Assembly: GCA_963728835.1 (NCBI GenBank)
Contig: CAVSKZ010000003.1
Location: 90,923-154,922, forward strand
Source of the DNA: an uncultured Solirubrobacterales bacterium
GTDB taxonomy: Bacteria > Actinomycetota > Thermoleophilia > Solirubrobacterales > 70-9
Reading direction: 5' to 3'
DNA: 64,000 bases
How positions within the stretch are numbered: the stretch's first letter is position 1; every line of letters starts with the position of its first letter. The notes below the pieces were generated by a model. The model had not been told where the DNA came from. It ran no database searches and saw only the letters and a program-made list of their open reading frames with translations. The translations under genes and the position numbers were made by a program. Positions 55,750 through 64,000 of this stretch are shown in pieces.

Positions 55750-56767
55750 GGAACGCGCCGCCGCCGAACGCGAGCAGCGGCGCCGCGAGCGCGAAGCGCG
55801 CCGCGCCGAGCGCGGCGGCGGGGCGCCGGCCGCGGTCGATCCGGCCGGCCTCCCGAAGCCACCGAAGCCGCCCAAGCCTCCCAAGTCGCCAAAGGCGAAG
55901 CGGGAAGGGCGGCCGCGCCCGCCCGGCCGCCGCCTCGGCATCGCCGTCGGGGTGGCGGCGATCGTCCTCGGCGTGGTTGCGATCGCCGCGTTCGCCTACC
56001 GCCACTTCAACCGCGAGACGCCGCCGCCGGTCGTGGTCAGGACGATCACCGTGACGGTGCCCGAGGGCTACACCCGCGCCCAGACCGGTGAGCTCGCCAA
56101 GGACGAAGGCCTGCGCGGCAGCTATGAGCGGGCGAGCGTCCACTCTCCGTACCTGAACCCGGCCAAGTACGGCGGGAAGGACGCAGAGAGCCTCGAGGGC
56201 TTTCTCTTCCCCGACACCTTCGAGCTGGAAAGGCGCGCCGAGGCCGCGACGCTGGTCCAGCTGCAGCTCGAAGACTTCAAGCGCCGCATCAAGGGGGTCG
56301 ACATGGGCTACGCGCGCTCGAAGAACCTCACCACCTACGACGTGGTGACGATTGCCTCACTGGTCGAGGAGGAGGCCCAGCTCGAAAGCGAGCGGCCCCT
56401 GGTCGCCGCCGTGATCTACAACCGCCTGCGCGAAGGAATGCCGCTCGGCATCGACGCGACGATCCGCTTCGCGACCGGCAACTACACCGAGCCTCTGACC
56501 GAATCCGAGCTCGCCGTCTCCTCGCCCTACAACACGCGGCTCAATGCCGGTCTGCCGCCGGGACCGATCGGCAGCCCCGGCCTGGCCTCGATCGAAGCGG
56601 CGGCGCGGCCGGCCAAGGTCGACTACCTCTTCTACGTGGTCGAGCCGGGCAGCTGCGGCAAGCACGCCTTCTCCTCGAGCGAAGCCGAGTTCCAGCGTGA
56701 CGTCGAAAGCTACAACGCGGCCCGCGAAGCGGCCGGCGGCAACTCGCCGGACAGCTGCGGGGAATGA
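55742..56767 (+). CDS. mltG: endolytic murein transglycosylase MltG (YceG-like)
   Basis: Basic N-terminus plus TM helix, GFLFPDTFE, IASLVEEEA, AAVIYNRL and YNTRLNAGLPPGPIGSPG. Confidence 0.9.
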   Translation: MSEERAAAEREQRRREREARRAERGGGAPAAVDPAGLPKPPKPPKPPKSPKAKREGRPRPPGRRLGIAVGVAAIVLGVVAIAAFAYRHFNRETPPPVVVRTITVTVPEGYTRAQTGELAKDEGLRGSYERASVHSPYLNPAKYGGKDAESLEGFLFPDTFELERRAEAATLVQLQLEDFKRRIKGVDMGYARSKNLTTYDVVTIASLVEEEAQLESERPLVAAVIYNRLREGMPLGIDATIRFATGNYTEPLTESELAVSSPYNTRLNAGLPPGPIGSPGLASIEAAARPAKVDYLFYVVEPGSCGKHAFSSSEAEFQRDVESYNAAREAAGGNSPDSCGE

Positions 56768-56771
56768 GAGC

Positions 56772-57575
56772 GTGTCGCGCCTAGCCGTTCTCGGGCACCC
56801 GGTCGGCCACTCGCGCTCGCCGGCGATGCAGGGCGCGGCGCTGGCCGAGCTGGGGCTGGGGGGTGAGTGGAGCTACGAGGCGATCGACGTCGCTCCGGAC
56901 GCCTTCGAGGCGCGGGTGCGATCGATGCCGGGCGAGGGGTTCGCCGGCGCCAACGTCACGGTGCCGCACAAGGCCGCGGCGCTCGCCCTCGCCGACGAGC
57001 TCTCCGAGACCGCCCGTGAGATCGGCGCCGCCAACACCCTGGTCTTCGCGGAAGAAGGGGAGATCCGCGCGGAGAACACCGATGCCGAGGGACTGCTGCG
57101 CGCGCTGCCGGTCTCGCCGGCCGGCAAGCGGGCGCTCGTGCTCGGCGCCGGCGGGGCCGCCCGCGCCGTCGTCTGGGCCCTGCTGCGCGAGGGCGCCCGG
57201 GTGGCCGTCTGGAACCGCACCGAGCTGCGCTCGCGCAACCTCTGCGCCGAACTGGGGGGCGACCCGGTCCTCGACCCGGAGCAGGGGGCGTTCGAGGTGA
57301 TCGTCAACTCCACCGCGGTCGGTCTCGGCGGCGAGGACCCGTTCGCGGAGCTGCCGCTGGACCCGGGCGGCTTCGGTGCGGCTCAGGTCGTCGTCGACAT
57401 GGTCTACGGCGCCGAGCCGACCGCGCTGCTGCGTGCCGCCGAGGCTGCCGGTGCCACCGCCGTCGACGGCCTCGAGATCCTCGTCCAGCAGGGTGCCCTC
57501 TCCCTTGAAATCTGGACCGGCCGAAAGCCCCCTCTCGACACGATGCGCACCGCCGCCCGTTCGATCCGCCGATAG
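56772..57575 (+). CDS. aroE: shikimate dehydrogenase
   Basis: LAVLGHPVGHSRSPAMQ, GANVTVPHK, NTDAEG and VLGAGGAARAV; GTG at 56772. Confidence 0.9.
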   Translation: MSRLAVLGHPVGHSRSPAMQGAALAELGLGGEWSYEAIDVAPDAFEARVRSMPGEGFAGANVTVPHKAAALALADELSETAREIGAANTLVFAEEGEIRAENTDAEGLLRALPVSPAGKRALVLGAGGAARAVVWALLREGARVAVWNRTELRSRNLCAELGGDPVLDPEQGAFEVIVNSTAVGLGGEDPFAELPLDPGGFGAAQVVVDMVYGAEPTALLRAAEAAGATAVDGLEILVQQGALSLEIWTGRKPPLDTMRTAARSIRR

Positions 57576-57588
57576 CCTTGGCGGCCTG

Positions 57589-58755
57589 ATGAGCGGGTTT
57601 CGATTCACGACTGCGGGCGAGTCGCACGGGCCGGGGCTCGTCGCGATCGTCGAGGGGATGCCGGCAGGGCTCGAGCTCGACCGCGAGGCGCTCGACCGCG
57701 ACATGGCCCGCCGCCAGCTCGGCCACGGCCGCGGCGGGCGGATGAAGATCGAGACCGACGCCGTCGAGGTCCGCTCCGGCCTGCGCCACGGGCGCACGCT
57801 CGGCAGCCCGATCGCCGTCCTCGTCGCCAACCGCGACTACGCCAACTGGGAGGTGCGGATGAACCCCTGGCCGGTCGAGGCCGGGGTCGACCAGGTCCAC
57901 CTGCCGCGGCCCGGGCACGCCGACCTCGTCGGCGCCCAGAAGTACGGCCACGACGACATCCGCAACGTCCTCGAGCGCGCCAGCGCCCGCGAGACCGCCG
58001 CCCGCGTGGCGGCCGGCTCGGTCGCCCGCGGCTTCCTCGCGGCTCTCGGCGTCAGCGTCCACAGCCACGTCACCCAGATCGCCTCCGTGAGCGCGCCCGA
58101 GCAGGCCGATCTCGGCCCGGAGGATTTCGATGGGGTCGACGAGGATCCGGTCCGCTGCCTCGACCCCGAGGCCAGCGCGGCGATGGTCGCGGAGATCAAC
58201 CGCCTGCGCAAGGCCAACGAGAGCCTCGGCGGCACCTTCGAGGTGCGCGCCTTCGGCCTCGTCCCCGGCCTCGGCTCCCACGTCTCCTGGGAAGACCGCC
58301 TCGACGGCCGCCTCGCCGGCGCCGTCGCCTCGATCCAGTCGGTCAAGGGCGTCTCGATCGGGGAAGCGTGGGAAGTCGCCGGCCGTCCCGGCTCCGAGGC
58401 CCACGACGAGATCTTCTGGTCGCAGGAGCGCGGCTACTTCCGCGAGACCAACCACGCCGGCGGCCTCGAGGGCGGGATGACGAACGGGCTGCCGCTGTCG
58501 GTGCGCGCTGCGATCAAGCCGATCTCGACCCTGACCAAGCCGCTGCGCTCGGTCGACACCGAGACCAAGGAGCCGGCGCAGGCACTGCGCGAGCGCACCG
58601 ACTCGACCGTGGTGCCCGCGGCCGCGGTCGTCGCCGAGGCGATGGTCTGCCTCGTCCTGGCCCGCGCCTTCCGCGAGAAGTTCGGCGGCGACCACATCGA
58701 CGACGTGCTCGGCGCCGTCGAGGCATACAAGCAGCGCATCGACTTCCGGGGGTGA
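57589..58755 (+). CDS. aroC: chorismate synthase
   Basis: FRFTTAGESHGPGLVAIVEG, GRGGRMKIE, RPGHADL, ERASARETAARVAAG and GGLEGGMTNG. Confidence 0.93.
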   Translation: MSGFRFTTAGESHGPGLVAIVEGMPAGLELDREALDRDMARRQLGHGRGGRMKIETDAVEVRSGLRHGRTLGSPIAVLVANRDYANWEVRMNPWPVEAGVDQVHLPRPGHADLVGAQKYGHDDIRNVLERASARETAARVAAGSVARGFLAALGVSVHSHVTQIASVSAPEQADLGPEDFDGVDEDPVRCLDPEASAAMVAEINRLRKANESLGGTFEVRAFGLVPGLGSHVSWEDRLDGRLAGAVASIQSVKGVSIGEAWEVAGRPGSEAHDEIFWSQERGYFRETNHAGGLEGGMTNGLPLSVRAAIKPISTLTKPLRSVDTETKEPAQALRERTDSTVVPAAAVVAEAMVCLVLARAFREKFGGDHIDDVLGAVEAYKQRIDFRG

Positions 58756-58801
58756 GTCCCGTATCGACCGTGTTATCGACGGTGAAAGCGGGGCGAGTCC
58801 G

Positions 58802-60338
58802 GTGATGCGGCCCGCCCTGGTCTTCATCGGCTTCATGGGCGCAGGCAAGTCGACGGCACTCGCCGCGGCTCGCGAGGCGGGCCTGGAGACGACCGAGATC
58901 GACGACCTGATGGAAGAGGCGTTCGGCAAGCCGATCAAGGCCGCCTTCGAGGAGGACGGCGAGGTCGCCTTCCGCGAGCGTGAGGCCGAGGTGGTCGGCT
59001 CGCTTCTGGAGCGGGCCGGCGGCGGCGCGATCGCGCTCGGCGGCGGCAGCGTCCTCTCCGAGCGGGTCCGAGTGGCGCTGGACCGCCACGTGGTCGTCTG
59101 GCTCCAGGTCGGGGCAGATCAGGCCTGGGAGCGGATCGCCCGCAGCGACCGCCCGCTGGCGACGAGCGCCGATGACGTCGCACGTCTTCTGGGGGAGCGG
59201 CTGCCGCACTACGAGGCCCTCGCCGACGCGATCGTGCCGGCCGGGGAGCGCGAGATGATCTCCCGCTCGATGCCCTCGCTGCTGGCGCTGGCGGGCCTGC
59301 CGGCGGGAACGAAGATGCTCTGGGCGGTGAGCGCCTCTGGGGAGTATCCGGTCTTCGTCGGGCCCGGCCTGCTGGGCAAGGGCGAGTGGCCCCTGCTCGG
59401 GCGGCGTTTCTGCGTCACCGACAGGACCGTGGGGGCCCTCTACGCCGAGCCCCTCGCGCCGCTCGCCGCCACGGTCGAGGTCGAGCCTGGAGAGTCGGCG
59501 AAGACGATGGCCGAGGCCGAGCGGGTGCTGGGAGAGCTGGCCCGTGCCGGGATGACCCGTGAAGATCACGTGGTTGCCCTCGGCGGCGGTGTGGTCGGCG
59601 ACCTGGCGGGGTTCTGCGCCCACGTCTACCAGCGCGGCGTCCCCGTGATCCAGGTGCCGACGACGCTGGTCGCCCAGGTCGACTCGGCCTACGGCGGCAA
59701 GACCGGAGTCGACCTGCCCGAGGGCAAGAACTACGCGGGCGCCTACCACCTGCCCGCTGCGGTCCTCGCCGACACCTCGACCCTGACCACCCTTCCGGCG
59801 GAGGAGCTCGCCGCCGGTTTCGTCGAGCTGCTGAAGACCGGACTGCTCGCGGGCGGCGAGCTCTGGGAGCAGACGAGGGTGCTCGACCGAGCTCGACCCC
59901 GAGATCCTCGCGCCGCTCGTCTTCGCCTCCGCCGGGTACAAGTGCGGGATCGTCGCCGCCGACGAGCGTGATTCCGGCCAGCGGGCGGTGCTCAACCTCG
60001 GCCACACCGTCGGCCACGCGATCGAGGCGGCGAGCGGGTATGAGCGCTATCGCCATGGCGAGGCGGTTGGGCTTGGCCTGCTCGCGGCGCTTCGTCTGTC
60101 GGATGCGCCCGAGTTGCGCGAAGAGGTCGAGGCGATCCTCCGTCGCCACGGCCTTCCGGTCGGCCTCGATCCGGAAATCGACGTCGAGGAGACGCTCGAG
60201 GCGCTCGAACGCGACAAGAAGCGCACCGCCGCGGGCGTTGGCTTCGTACTGCTGAGCGAGCCGGGCAAACCACGTACGGGCGAGCTGGTCGATCCGGCTA
60301 AGGTCCGCGCAGCCGTGGAGGAGCTGTTCCAAAAGTGA
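58802..60338 (+). CDS. aroB: fused shikimate kinase / 3-dehydroquinate synthase; 1-nt insertion near 59887-59890
   Basis: AroK part: VFIGFMGAGKST. AroB part: GGGVVGDLAGF, VPTTLVAQVDSAYGGKTGVD, then after the frame change LNLGHTVGHAIE and HGEAVGLG. The track splits it into 58802..59971 and 59988..60338. Confidence 0.88.
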
Positions 60339-60793
60339 CAAGCGCCCACAACCGCGTCGCCGTCTTGCACGGCGTCAACTTCGACATCCTCGAGCGCCGC
60401 GACCCCGAGGTCTACGGCGGGCTCTCGCTCTCAGAGCTGGAGCGGAAGATCGGCGGCTGGGCCCGCGAGCTCGGCCTGGAAGCGATCTTCTTCCAGACCA
60501 ACTCCGAGGGCGAGTTCGTCGAGTACCTGCACCGGGTGCCGGAGCTGGCCGACGCCGCGCTCGTCAACGCCGGTGCCTGGAGCCACTACAGCCGGGCGAT
60601 CGCCGACGCCCTGGACGTCGCCCGCCTGCCCGCGGTCGAGGTCCACCTCTCCGACGTCGAGGGGCGCGACGAGTGGCGCAAGCTCTCCGTCTTCGACGGC
60701 CTGGTCCTGGCGAAGATCTTCGGCAAGGGCCCCGACGGCTACCGCGACGCGCTCGAGCTGCTCGCGGCAGAGCTCGGCGCGGGCGCCGCTTGA
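60335..60793 (+). CDS. aroQ: type II 3-dehydroquinate dehydratase
   Basis: VAVLHGVNFDILERRDPEVYG, FFQTNSEGE, NAGAWSHYS and VEVHLSDV. Confidence 0.92.
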   Translation: MTSAHNRVAVLHGVNFDILERRDPEVYGGLSLSELERKIGGWARELGLEAIFFQTNSEGEFVEYLHRVPELADAALVNAGAWSHYSRAIADALDVARLPAVEVHLSDVEGRDEWRKLSVFDGLVLAKIFGKGPDGYRDALELLAAELGAGAA

Positions 60794-61851
60794 TGCAGGC
60801 TCGCGGTGACCGTCTCGCCACCCTCGTGGCCGAGCGCGAGCTGGACCGGCTGCTCGTCACCGACCTGGTCAACGTCCGTTACCTGACCGGCTTCGGCGGC
60901 ACCAACGGGGCTTGCGTCTGCGGTGGCGAGGCGCGCCTCTTCTTCACCGACTTCCGCTACACCGAGCGTGCCGAGGCGGAGGTCGAGGGCTGGGAGGTGA
61001 TCACGGTCACCGACGACTGGCTCGGCGGGATCGCCGCCCACCTGGCGGGGCGGACCGGCTTCGAGGACCAGCAGATGGCCGTCCGCACGCTGGGGAAGCT
61101 GGAGGAGAAGCTTCCCGACGGCGTCACCCTGGAGGGGGCGGGGGGAACGGTCGAGAAGCTGCGCCGGGTCAAGGACGAGGCCGAGCTGGCGGCGATCGCC
61201 GCCGCCTCCGAGCTCGCCGACGAGATCTGGCGGTGGTCGCTGGAGCGCGGCCTCGCCGGGCGCAGCGAGCTCGATGTCGCCCGCGCCGCCGAGGCCCGCA
61301 TGCGCGAGCTTGGGGCGGAACCGTCCTTTCCGGCGATCGTCGCCGCCGGCCCGAACGGCGCCCTGCCACACGCCGAGCCCGGCGGGCGCGAGATCGGCCG
61401 CGGCGAGCTGGTCGTCTTCGACATGGGGGCGAAGCTCGACGGGTACTGCTCCGACGGTACCCGCACCTTCGCCACGGGCGAGCCCGGTGAGCGCGCACGC
61501 GAGGTATACGAGATCGTGCGCGAGGCGCAGGAAAGTGCGCTCGGCGCCGTCCGCGCCGCGGCATCCGCCGAGGCGGTCGACGCGGTCGCCCGCGAGCGGA
61601 TCGCGGCCGCCGGGCACGGCGAGCGGTTCGGCCACGGCCTCGGCCACGGGGTCGGCCTCGAGGTGCACGAGGAGCCGCGCGTCTCGCCGCGCTCGGAGGA
61701 CGTGCTCGAAGCCGGCGAGGTGGTGACCGTCGAGCCGGGCATCTACCTGCCCGGCGAGCTCGGTGTGAGGATCGAGGACCTGGTCGTCGTCACCCCGGAC
61801 GGCCACCGCAATCTCAGCGGCCTGCCCAAGGATCTTCAGCTCGTCGAGTAG
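60793..61851 (+). CDS. M24-family Xaa-Pro aminopeptidase
   Basis: N-terminal creatinase-like domain, then the pita-bread motifs FDMGAKLDGYCSDGTRTF, HGLGHGVGLEVHE and TVEPGIY. ATG at 60793 overlaps the aroQ stop. Confidence 0.88.
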   Translation: MQARGDRLATLVAERELDRLLVTDLVNVRYLTGFGGTNGACVCGGEARLFFTDFRYTERAEAEVEGWEVITVTDDWLGGIAAHLAGRTGFEDQQMAVRTLGKLEEKLPDGVTLEGAGGTVEKLRRVKDEAELAAIAAASELADEIWRWSLERGLAGRSELDVARAAEARMRELGAEPSFPAIVAAGPNGALPHAEPGGREIGRGELVVFDMGAKLDGYCSDGTRTFATGEPGERAREVYEIVREAQESALGAVRAAASAEAVDAVARERIAAAGHGERFGHGLGHGVGLEVHEEPRVSPRSEDVLEAGEVVTVEPGIYLPGELGVRIEDLVVVTPDGHRNLSGLPKDLQLVE

Positions 61852-61926
61852 GCGGCGCAGACAAGACGTTTAGCGGAAGACCGCTGTCAGTTTCAAGTAG
61901 CGGCGCCGAATAGCCGATGTCACAGC

Positions 61927-63020
61927 GTGATCGCAAGCGCCAAGATCGCGAGCGCCGTGAGTGCTCCCGCCGACACGGACCTCCTGCGGCAGCCTGATTC
62001 GCTGGCGGAAATCCGCGACGACGCCCGCCGCGAGCGCCTGCTCGACATGCAGGTGCGGCTGCGCCCCTACAGGAGCGGCTGCTTCGCGATCCTCGCCCTG
62101 GCCCTGGTCTCGGTCTCCTCGGAGATCGGCTGGTGGTGGGTCGTCCCTCTCACGGCCGGCCTCGCGGGGTTCACGGTCGCCGACCACTTCATGAAGCGCA
62201 GTGCCCATCCCGGCCTCTGGGCAGCCACGGCCTGGGGGATTCTGCCGCTGCTCCTCGCCGACGCGGTCGTCACGACCGGCGGCGCCGACAGCCCGGTCCT
62301 GATGTGGTTCGCGCTGCCCGCGGTGACGCTTGGGGCGCGATTCTCCCCACGCGGGATGGCCCTCGGAACCGCCTACATCTTGGCCCTTCTGCTCGTTGCC
62401 ACCTTCGGGCTCGATCAGGCGACCGCGTCGGAGCACCATCAGGACGTGATCGCGGCCTGCGCCCTGGTCATGAGCACGGTGATCCTCTCCGGCGCCCTGG
62501 TCGAGTCCGACCGCGCCCACAGGCGCAGTTCCACGCTCGACCCCCTGACCGGGCTCTTCAACCGCAACGCGCTCGAGCAGCGCCTCGCCGAGCTCGACGG
62601 CCAGCCGAGCAGCGAGAAGAACGGGCTCTCGCACGCTCTGCTGCTCTGCGATCTCGACCACTTCAAGCAGGTCAACGACCGGCTCGGACACGCCGCCGGC
62701 GACCAGGTCCTGCAGGACGTCGCCTACACGATGCGCTCGGTTCTGCGCGCCGGCGACTCGATCTACAGGATCGGCGGCGAGGAGATCCTCGTCGTCCTGC
62801 CCGGCGCCGGCAAGAAGGATGCGGCCTCGATTGCCGAGCGCCTGCGCAGGGCGGTGCGCGAGCTGCGCCCGGTCGGGACGGAGGTGACGATCAGCATCGG
62901 CGCCGCGGTCTCCAGGCCGGACGTGGTCAACACCGACGACCTGGTCGCCAGGGCCGACGCGGCTCTCTACTCGGCGAAGGCGAACGGCCGCGACATGGTC
63001 TTCATGGACACTGACGATCG
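61927..63020 (+). CDS. membrane-anchored diguanylate cyclase (GGDEF domain); 3' end undefined
   Basis: About 5 TM helices, then DPLTGLFNR, DLDHFKQVNDRLGHAAGD and RAGDSIYRIGGEEI, which is an RxxD I-site five residues before a GGEEI active-site variant. As sequenced the frame stays open to 63918, antisense to the M42 gene. Confidence 0.8.
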
Positions 63021-63024
63021 TCAG

Positions 63025-64000
63025 TCAGCGACTGAGGTCGACGTCCCCGTCGATGCGCCCTGCGAAGGCCGCGATCAGCTCGACGGTCGCCTCGACGTCT
63101 GCCAGGTCGACCATCTCGACCGGGGAGTGCATGTAGCGCAGCGGGATCTCGACGAGGCCCGTGGGTATTCCCGAACGGGCGAACTGGACGGCGTCGGCGT
63201 CGGTGCCGGTCGAGTTTCCGGAGGCGCCGAGCGTGTGCTCGATCCCGGCCTCCTCGGCGGTCTCGACCAGGAGCTCGAAGACCCTGGGGGAGAGGGTGGC
63301 GCCGCGGAAGATCACCGGTCCGGAGCCGAGCGTGTGGGTGCCCAGCTCCTTCTCGTCGACGCCGGGCGCGTCGGTGGCGTGGGTGACGTCGACGACGACG
63401 GCAAGGTCCGGTTTGACGGCGAAGGCCGAGGTGCGGGCGCCGAAGAGGCCAATCTCCTCCTGCACGGCGGCGATCGCCGCGAAGCTGCCGCTCAGCGAGC
63501 CGCGCTCGTGACAGCGGCGCAGCGCCTCCAGCGCGACGTAGGCGCCGAGCCGGTTGTCCATCGAGCGGGAGATGACGCGAGAGCCGGCCAGGCGCAGGGG
63601 CTCGCTCGCGATCACGACCGGGTCGCCGACCCTGACCAGCCCGGCGGCCTCCTCGCGATCGGCGGCGCCGACGTCGATGTGCAGGCCCTTCATCTTGACC
63701 ACCTTCTTGCGCGCGTCGGCGTCGAGCAGGTGCAGCGGCTTGCGCCCGACGATTCCGAGCACCGGGCCGTTCGGGCCCTGGACCTCGACCCGCTGTCCGA
63801 CCAGGATCTGCGGGTCCCAGCCTCCGATCGGCGCGAACCAGAGGAAGCCCTTCTCGTCGATGTGGCGGACGACCAGGCCGATCTCGTCGATGTGTCCGAC
63901 CACGGCCAGGAGGGGTGAGGCCTCTCCGATTCGGGCGACGGAGGAGCCGATGCCGTCGGTCGAGAGCGAGGCGAAGGAGGCCTCCTCGCGCCAGGCGACA
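63025..64000 (-). CDS. M42-family aminopeptidase (FrvX/endoglucanase-like), 5' end outside window
   Basis: VGHIDEIGLVV, SRSMDNRLG, QEEIGLFGA, TGTDA and PLRYMHSP. The frame remains open to the window edge. Confidence 0.85.
   Translation of the reverse strand, partial: VAWREEASFASLSTDGIGSSVARIGEASPLLAVVGHIDEIGLVVRHIDEKGFLWFAPIGGWDPQILVGQRVEVQGPNGPVLGIVGRKPLHLLDADARKKVVKMKGLHIDVGAADREEAAGLVRVGDPVVIASEPLRLAGSRVISRSMDNRLGAYVALEALRRCHERGSLSGSFAAIAAVQEEIGLFGARTSAFAVKPDLAVVVDVTHATDAPGVDEKELGTHTLGSGPVIFRGATLSPRVFELLVETAEEAGIEHTLGASGNSTGTDADAVQFARSGIPTGLVEIPLRYMHSPVEMVDLADVEATVELIAAFAGRIDGDVDLSR

Noticed and set aside
1-64000. CRISPR arrays, rRNA genes, integrases/transposases and prophage structural genes
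   Set aside because: I looked for regularly spaced direct repeats, rRNA-like conserved stretches and recombinase motifs on both strands and found none. The only dispersed repeats are the two MITE copies and the tRNA-Met half-site.

Overview
About 64 kb of roughly 70% GC chromosome with actinobacterial-type gene order; a deep-branching high-GC Actinobacteria lineage is a guess only. Most of the window is housekeeping. It holds pantothenate genes (panC-panD-panB), the t6A operon (tsaE, tsaB, rimI, tsaD), rex, a membrane pyrophosphatase and two tandem APC-Usp permeases followed by two TrkA/Ceo-like genes. It also holds a pair of ABC exporter genes, leuS, a threonine-synthase-like gene, ETF-QO, hisS-aspS, mnmA, an ECF sigma/anti-sigma pair and the conserved alaS-ruvX-mltG-aroE-aroC-aroK/B-aroQ-pepP block. 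There are two tRNAs: Gln-CTG and Met-CAT. The accessory content is as follows. (1) A low-GC defence islet of about 4.7 kb is anchored at tRNA-Met and bounded by a duplicated tRNA 3' half; it carries a PD-(D/E)XK-EVE nuclease fusion and an MmeI-family type IIL restriction-modification enzyme. (2) A 166/167-bp MITE-like element is present in two inverted copies, each wedged between convergent genes and supplying their stop codons. (3) There is a class II Fic gene, two DUF559 genes (one internally deleted) and an HNH endonuclease remnant beside tRNA-Gln. (4) Two long structured 5' leaders share the same promoter layout and the same first transcribed nucleotides. At least 13 genes, including essential ones (alaS, aspS, aroB), are broken by single-nucleotide indels. 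Nearly all of these sit at short homopolymers, so I read them as assembly errors, not biology. No rRNA genes or CRISPR arrays were seen. Many long ORFs in the six-frame track are antisense or alternative-frame shadows typical of high-GC DNA.
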